In this document: one piece after another, positions 56,917 to 64,000 of the stretch
Layout of the letters: every line of letters begins with the position of its first letter
How positions within the stretch are numbered: position 1 is the first letter of the stretch
Assembly (NCBI GenBank): GCA_964016885.1
Contig: OZ024740.1
Span: forward strand, 284,332,001 to 284,396,000
Origin: Eledone cirrhosa
Taxonomy: Eukaryota
DNA length: 64,000 nucleotides
Direction: 5' to 3'
Notes under the pieces: model-generated
Databases searched by the model: none
Seen by the model: the letters and a program-made list of their open reading frames with translations, nothing else
What the model was told of the DNA's origin: nothing
Program-made: the position numbers and the translations under genes

Positions 56917-57501
56917 AAGCAATGTTACATGGCAGTGAGACATGGGTCTTGTGTGCAGAGGATCTACACAGACTGGAGAGGAACGAAGCTTGCATGTTCC
57001 GTTGGATGTGTAATAGTAATATGCGCAAATGGCAAAGCATAAATGAACTAAGTGAGAAATTAGGATTAAGAGGAATCAGATGCTCTTTACTCGAGAGAAG
57101 ACTACGTTGGTATGGTCACGTGATGCGCATGAAAGATGACAGCTGTATAAAAAAGTCCAGGGCGATCAAAATAGACGGTAGCTACGAAGTAGGCAGACCC
57201 AGAAAAACCTTGGACAACTTGATAAAATCCGACGTCACACACCTACACCTCTCCAAGACAATGTCACTGGACCGAGATCTTTGGCACTACGTAGTAATAC
57301 AGAAGACCCACCTTGCCTAAGTACAAAGCAAAACCTACAGTCAGTAGGTACCTCTTAACCAAAATACACCCCCGTCCCACTACCCCAACCACCGCCGCCA
57401 TCTACCCCACCGCTTTCGATTGTAAAGCTATGTTGGTACCACAACATCCAGTCCTAAATAAATGAGGTCGTGTAGGTGTCACGACAAAAAAACACACAGT
57501 C
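56917..57501 (+). mobile_element. truncated RTE LINE
   Basis: ORF 56922-57320 and partial 3'UTR. Confidence 0.92.
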
Positions 57502-57909
57502 CCTTGCTGAATCCCACGAGGGGTCAGTAATAGCCACACTATCTATAGCATCTTGGAGCAAAACCCGTTGATAACACGACTGCCTTGTTCATCATCTCAC
57601 CAGAAGCCCAACATTCTTTATGTAGGCGGACAGTACCTGATTTGGAGTCGCAGAAACCAATACTGGATTTTACCATCAGTCCAGGGTCCGGGAAAGTATC
57701 AACACATATATTTCTATTGTTTGACCCGAATTACTTGGTCGTTTTGTTTTGGCTATGCGGATGATATGTTTAACCATCATCTCAGTGTGTTTGGCCCTTA
57801 ACGTATGTTGTAGCTCTGATTCATATGATTCATCGAGCGCTTGCCACACATATCGGACGTTGATTTTCGTTAATTCCTGAGCTGAAAACGATTCTCGCTA
57901 ATTTATATT

Positions 57910-58011
<102 letters not shown>

Positions 58012-58014
58012 TAT

Positions 58015-58455
58015 ATATGCAGAAGTTATATTTAATTTGTTGGGATTCAACAAGCTTAAACATTTTTATAACTGATATAAAGCACTATCCAGGAAGCTCC
58101 AACCGTTAAGGTTGTCTTTTTTCCGGGTATATCAATATTTATTTATAAAACAAATCTGTATTTTATCTGATGAAAGCGCACCATAATTTGCCTTGGTTGC
58201 CCTTGAAATATGTATAATAAAATAAATATGGTTTTATAAATATAGTTTCCATTTATTAATATATTGTGTGTTGTATATGTATGTCTGTGTGTATATATAT
58301 ATACACACACATATAGGACGAGCCCTACCTTTTATATATATATATATATAAAAGGTAGGGCTCGTCCTATATGTGTGTGTATATATATACACACACACAT
58401 ACATAAATATACATGCACACAATATATTAATAAATGGAAACTATATTTATAAAAC
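58015..58455 (+). repeat. pseudo-LTR module with HHR (58160-58223) running into a 58231-58455 palindrome
   Basis: ATTTTAT-CTGATGA..GAAA-TATGTA-TA-ATAAAAT; near-identical inverted partial copy at 25607-25775. Confidence 0.8.
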
Positions 58456-58460
58456 AATAT

Positions 58461-58515
<55 letters not shown>

Positions 58516-58820
58516 CTCTGATGATATGGGATCGATTGTGCATTGGATATCGAATGCTCTACTAAATATATAATATTATAGATGTAGCGAAGATCTAGGC
58601 AGATTGATGTCTATTGAAACGTACGTAAGAACCGAATAAATCTCTTTTACTCCATCTTTCTGTTCTTTTAATTCTTTATACACGCCCCGGAATATAGCTA
58701 AACTGGAATATACACCTTTTTTCTGCATTTCGTTGAGCACCACTCTGTTGTAAGCTGACATTCCACTACACGGTACATAACACTGTGTCCTGGAAAACAT
58801 TAACGCACTCGTGCATAACC

Positions 58821-58882
<62 letters not shown>

Positions 58883-59623
58883 GAATAATCGAGTATCGGA
58901 AAAACAGCTCACGAAATAACGATAAACAATATCCGATATGTGTGGCAGAGGGCTCAATAATTTGGATAAATCAGAGCTATAACCATCGTTAAATTACCAA
59001 CACATAGAGATTATGCCTAAAATCACCCGTACAGCCGAAAAAGAACGACCAGGAAGATTCGGGTCACTCAAATAAAATATCAATAAATCAATAATTTAAA
59101 TGAATGTAAAAAACTTACCCGGACCCGCTAGAAGGGTGTTAAATCTAGCTTCTTGGGTTTCTGCAATTCCTTAATCCATTCACTATCAGCCCACATAAAA
59201 AATATATAAGACTTCTAGAGAAGGACTGGACGCGGAAGAGCTTTCTCAACGGGTTCCGTCCGATAATAAAGAAGTGACCCTTAGCCTATCATTCCACTGC
59301 AAAGTGGTCGTGGAGGTGCCACGGCAAAAAAAACACCCACCACTCACTGTAAATGCGGTTGGTGTTACGAAGGGCATCCAGCTGTAGAAATCAAGCTAGA
59401 ATCAGTTCCCGTCACACCCTTGCAAGCAGGGAAAAGCGGATATAAAATGATGATAATGATGATATATATATATTCTTCCTCATATCAAGAATTTGAAGAC
59501 AATTCATTTTCACCTGATGATTTCAGTGATAATCGATCATGGCTTCACAATCGATCTATCTCTTATAGGAACATGTGTCGGGATTAAATGATTGGAATTT
59601 TACCTTGCGTTCGGATTTTCATT

Positions 59624-59759
<136 letters not shown>

Positions 59760-59773
59760 AAGAGAGAGAGAGA

Positions 59774-60160
59774 GGCACATGGCTTAGTCATTAGAGCATT
59801 GGCATGGAGGCACATGGGTTAGTGGTTAGAAAGGTTATGAGTTCAATTCTCAGACCGGGTGATGTGTTGTTTCCTTGAGCAAGACACTTTATTTCACATT
59901 GCCCCAGTTTACTCAGCTGTAGAAATGAGATGATAGGGACTGCAAAGTGGTTGTGGAGGTGCCATGGCAAAAAAGCCCCCAGCCCACACTGTAAAGTGGT
60001 CGTGTAGGCTCCACAGAAAAAAAGCACCCAGCACTCACTGTAAATGAGGTTGATGTTAGGAAGGGCATCCAGCTGTAGAAATCAAGCCAGAATCAGTTCC
60101 CGTCCCACCCTTGCAAGCAGGGAAAAGCGGACGTAAAATGATGATGTGATGATGATGATA
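59774..60160 (+). mobile_element. SINE family B (partial 3' copy also at about 59281-59462)
   Basis: Duplicated tRNA-like head, core and RTE tail. Confidence 0.85.
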
Positions 60161-61000
60161 CCGACCATCACCCACCTCAACCAACCACTAGCCTACCTAC
60201 ACCACCTCCTCTTGCCTCCAACCTCTCACGCACACATAGTAGCACTATATCGCTCTCGCCCACCATGTTCTGTTTTGTTGGCACCACCTTCTCCTCCCAC
60301 TCTTTCGACTTGACCAGTTCCTCTTGCACATGCCACACTGCCATTTCACTTCCTCATCAGCATTTATCTCTTGCTCGAACTTGGACTTTACCTCACGTTG
60401 AGATTTACCTGCTGTACCCTCGAATTTTTACCATCCACACGCACACACACCAACATCCATACAGAAACATAGACACACACAGACACCTGCACCATTTCTG
60501 CACACACACAACTATGCACCTTACACGAACCCACATCACCTTCAGACATACCATACATCCCCTTCCTTTAACCACACCCACAGACACCCACACTACCTCC
60601 GGATTTGACATGTTCTCATCCGGCCCTTTCCATCCACACACACACACCAACACCCATACAAGGACAATACATGCACAGACATATATTCCACCTCAACACA
60701 AACACAATATGTTTTCAAAACCTACATCACATACACTCGCTTCCTTCCAGACTCTCCTACTTACATCCACACATAATCCCCACCCGGACTCTGATTTTCT
60801 TGCTTCCCCCACATCCTTTTTCTCCTCCTCCTCCACCCACCCCTATACCCACTACCACACCCCTGCCATCCCAAGCCTGTACAACCCCACCCCTTTATTT
60901 TCATTTTTTTTTTTTATTCTGTTTTTATTTTCATTTTCCCGTCTTTTTGTGTTCTTCTCGGTAACTTCCCTCCTTACTCCCTCTCGGAGTTCCTCTCAAT

Positions 61001-61036
61001 TTTCCTGATGAAGGACTTATGTCCGAAATGTCGAAA
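61001..61036 (+). ncRNA. minimal type I hammerhead motif
   Basis: TTTC-CTGATGA-A-GGAC-TTAT-GTCC-GAAA-TG-TC-GAAA; decayed relative at 9308-9343 (CTAATGA core). Confidence 0.7.
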
Positions 61037-61129
61037 CCTCATCCACTCTACCCAAGCGTGAAACTAATATAACTATGTTCAATTGACTCCTGTATTTGTT
61101 TGTCCTTTTGAACTATATATATATATATA

Positions 61130-61933
61130 TACAAATGGAAGTTCAGTAAAACGAAACTCTGGCGGTGGCCAAGCTAACGAAGGCAATCCGGAATGTGCAG
61201 CTAAGGACTCAATAAGGTAGTGTCACCTTAGAGTAATAACATATGTTTAGAAAACTTGACAAATTGAAGACTGCGACCTGTGAGCCAGCCGCAAGGACCA
61301 AAGCAACGAGAAAACCAACTCTGGATAATTTGACAAACCTGGACCATCCCATCGATATTATGCAATATATCTCCGGTAGGTTTCTATGAATACGAAATCA
61401 ACAATTCCACTTGCGGGGTATGCAAGTTTTTGGTTTTAGATGATCGAACAGTGGATTCACTTTATCAACAGGCTTCTGTTCTGTGCCGCGATCGGGTGTG
61501 AATTGTAGCAGTAAAACTGCGGGCGGTCACGTGGTTTTCCAAAGGGAGGTAACCCTCGGTTTTGGAGGTCGAAATTCAAATTTTGAACAAAGGAATAAAT
61601 TCCTCTCCACAAACTGAATAAAGCTCTCAACTAGACATTATTAAACAAACATAAATAATTAACCAATCAATAGAATTGTCTAATTAAATTAATTAATTAA
61701 TCATTAAGTTTAGGAGATAATAATACAAATGGAAGTTCAGTAAAATCGAAGCTCTGGCTCTGGCTGCGGCCAAGTTTACGAATGTAATCCGGGATGTACA
61801 GCTAAGCACTCGATAAGGTAGTGTCACCTTAGAGAAATAACATACGTTTAGAAAGCTTGACAAATTGAAGACTGTGACCTGTGAGCCAGCTGCAAGGACC
61901 AAAGCAACGAGAAAACCAACTCAGGATAATTTG

Positions 61934-61937
<4 letters not shown>
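61130..61937. repeat. about 210-bp diverged direct repeats (61130-61337 and 61723-61937) between (TA)n tracts
   Basis: TACAAATGGAAGTTCAGTAAAA...GGATAATTTGACAA occurs twice. Confidence 0.8.
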
Positions 61938-61996
<59 letters not shown>

Positions 61997-61999
<3 letters not shown>

Positions 62000-64000
62000 T
62001 ATAGACATAGAATATTCGAGAATATTCTGTATGTTTATAATAAACATTTTGAAGACCTAATCGCTATAGAATAGAATACGTCACGTATTACAATTAGATT
62101 CTCGATAAAAGCAAGGGAAGTAATCTACGCGTTTCATTCTTGTTAGAAATCATCAGGACTACATATCCAGTGCTTTTATCGAGAATGACACAGCTAGAGA
62201 CTTATAGAATACTTAGCTGTGTACAGGAACTGGTTTGAAAGAGCGGTTGCCGGTCCGGCAGAAATTAGAAATTGGAATAAATGCTCTGAAATAGCGATAT
62301 ATATGTGAATATAGACATAGAATATTCGAGAATATTCTGTATGTTTATAATAAACATTTTGAAGACCTAATCGCTATAGAATAGAATACGTCACGTATTA
62401 CAATTAGATTCTCGATAAAAGCAAGGGAAGTAATCTACGCGTTTCATTCTTGTTAGAAATCATCAGGACTACATATCCAGTGCTTTTATCGAGAATGACA
62501 CAGCTAGAGACTTATAGAATACTTAGCTGTGTACAGGAACTGGTTTGAAAGAGCGGTTGCCGGTCCGGCAGAAATTAGAAATTGGAATAAATGCTCTGAA
62601 ATAGCGATATATATGTGAATATAGACATAGAATATTCGAGAATATTCTGTATGTTTATAATAAACATTTTGAAGACCTAATCGCTATAGAATAGAATACG
62701 TCACGTATTACAATTAGATTCTCGATAAAAGCAAGGGAAGTAATCTACGCGTTTCATTCTTGTTAGAAATCATCAGGACTACATATCCAGTGCTTTTATC
62801 GAGAATGACACAGCTAGAGACTTATAGAATACTTAGCTGTGTACAGGAACTGGTTTGAAAGAGCGGTTGCCGGTCCGGCAGAAATTAGAAATTGGAATAA
62901 ATGCTCTGAAATAGCGATATATATGTGAATATAGACATAGAATATTCGAGAATATTCTGTATGTTTATAATAAACATTTTGAAGACCTAATCGCTATAGA
63001 ATAGAATACGTCACGTATTACAATTAGATTCTCGATAAAAGCAAGGGAAGTAATCTACGCGTTTCATTCTTGTTAGAAATCATCAGGACTACATATCCAG
63101 TGCTTTTATCGAGAATGACACAGCTAGAGACTTATAGAATACTTAGCTGTGTACAGGAACTGGTTTGAAAGAGCGGTTGCCGGTCCGGCAGAAATTAGAA
63201 ATTGGAATAAATGCTCTGAAATAGCGATATATATGTGAATATAGACATAGAATATTCGAGAATATTCTGTATGTTTATAATAAACATTTTGAAGACCTAA
63301 TCGCTATAGAATAGAATACGTCACGTATTACAATTAGATTCTCGATAAAAGCAAGGGAAGTAATCTACGCGTTTCATTCTTGTTAGAAATCATCAGGACT
63401 ACATATCCAGTGCTTTTATCGAGAATGACACAGCTAGAGACTTATAGAATACTTAGCTGTGTACAGGAACTGGTTTGAAAGAGCGGTTGCCGGTCCGGCA
63501 GAAATTAGAAATTGGAATAAATGCTCTGAAATAGCGATATATATGTGAATATAGACATAGAATATTCGAGAATATTCTGTATGTTTATAATAAACATTTT
63601 GAAGACCTAATCGCTATAGAATAGAATACGTCACGTATTACAATTAGATTCTCGATAAAAGCAAGGGAAGTAATCTACGCGTTTCATTCTTGTTAGAAAT
63701 CATCAGGACTACATATCCAGTGCTTTTATCGAGAATGACACAGCTAGAGACTTATAGAATACTTAGCTGTGTACAGGAACTGGTTTGAAAGAGCGGTTGC
63801 CGGTCCGGCAGAAATTAGAAATTGGAATAAATGCTCTGAAATAGCGATATATATGTGAATATAGACATAGAATATTCGAGAATATTCTGTATGTTTATAA
63901 TAAACATTTTGAAGACCTAATCGCTATAGAATAGAATACGTCACGTATTACAATTAGATTCTCGATAAAAGCAAGGGAAGTAATCTACGCGTTTCATTCT
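61997..64000 (-). repeat. 310-bp tandem array (6 full units + partial, runs off the window), one hammerhead ribozyme per unit
   Basis: Unit starts at 61997, 62307, 62617, 62927, 63237, 63547 and 63857; units appear identical. Confidence 0.97.
62120..62162 (-). ncRNA. minimal type I hammerhead ribozyme (repeated at +310 bp intervals)
   Basis: Minus strand: GTAGTC-CTGATGA-T-TTCT-AACA-AGAA-T-GAAA-CGCG-TA^GATTAC; 6-bp stem I, palindromic ACGCGT stem III, GUA triplet. Confidence 0.88.

Noticed and set aside
60265-61008. 247-aa H/T/P-rich ORF
   Set aside because: Low-complexity CA-rich sequence, probably a retroelement 3' region ahead of the HHR at 61001
61997-64000. CRISPR array or coding repeat
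   Set aside because: No variable spacers, no ORF, eukaryotic context

Overview
AT-rich eukaryotic genomic DNA that is almost entirely repeats. The RTE LINE, SINE and (TA)n/(GAT)n make-up looks like an octopod cephalopod genome (inference only). It holds many truncated RTE-clade LINE copies whose ORF carries a PHD-type C4HC3 finger after the RT, two tRNA-derived SINE families, mariner/Tigger/piggyBac/Helitron remnants, several Penelope-like element (PLE) fragments (RT and/or GIY-YIG), and one probable first coding exon of a host gene (minus strand, about 12.9-12.7 kb). The most striking signal is RNA-structural. More than 15 type I hammerhead-ribozyme (HHR) motifs of several families lie in PLE pseudo-LTRs and (TA)n-embedded modules. 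The window ends in an apparently homogeneous 310-bp tandem array (61997-64000+), in which every unit carries a minimal type I HHR inside a strongly self-complementary non-coding sequence, a candidate retrozyme/circular-RNA-producing satellite. All pairings and identities were read by eye; boundaries are approximate.
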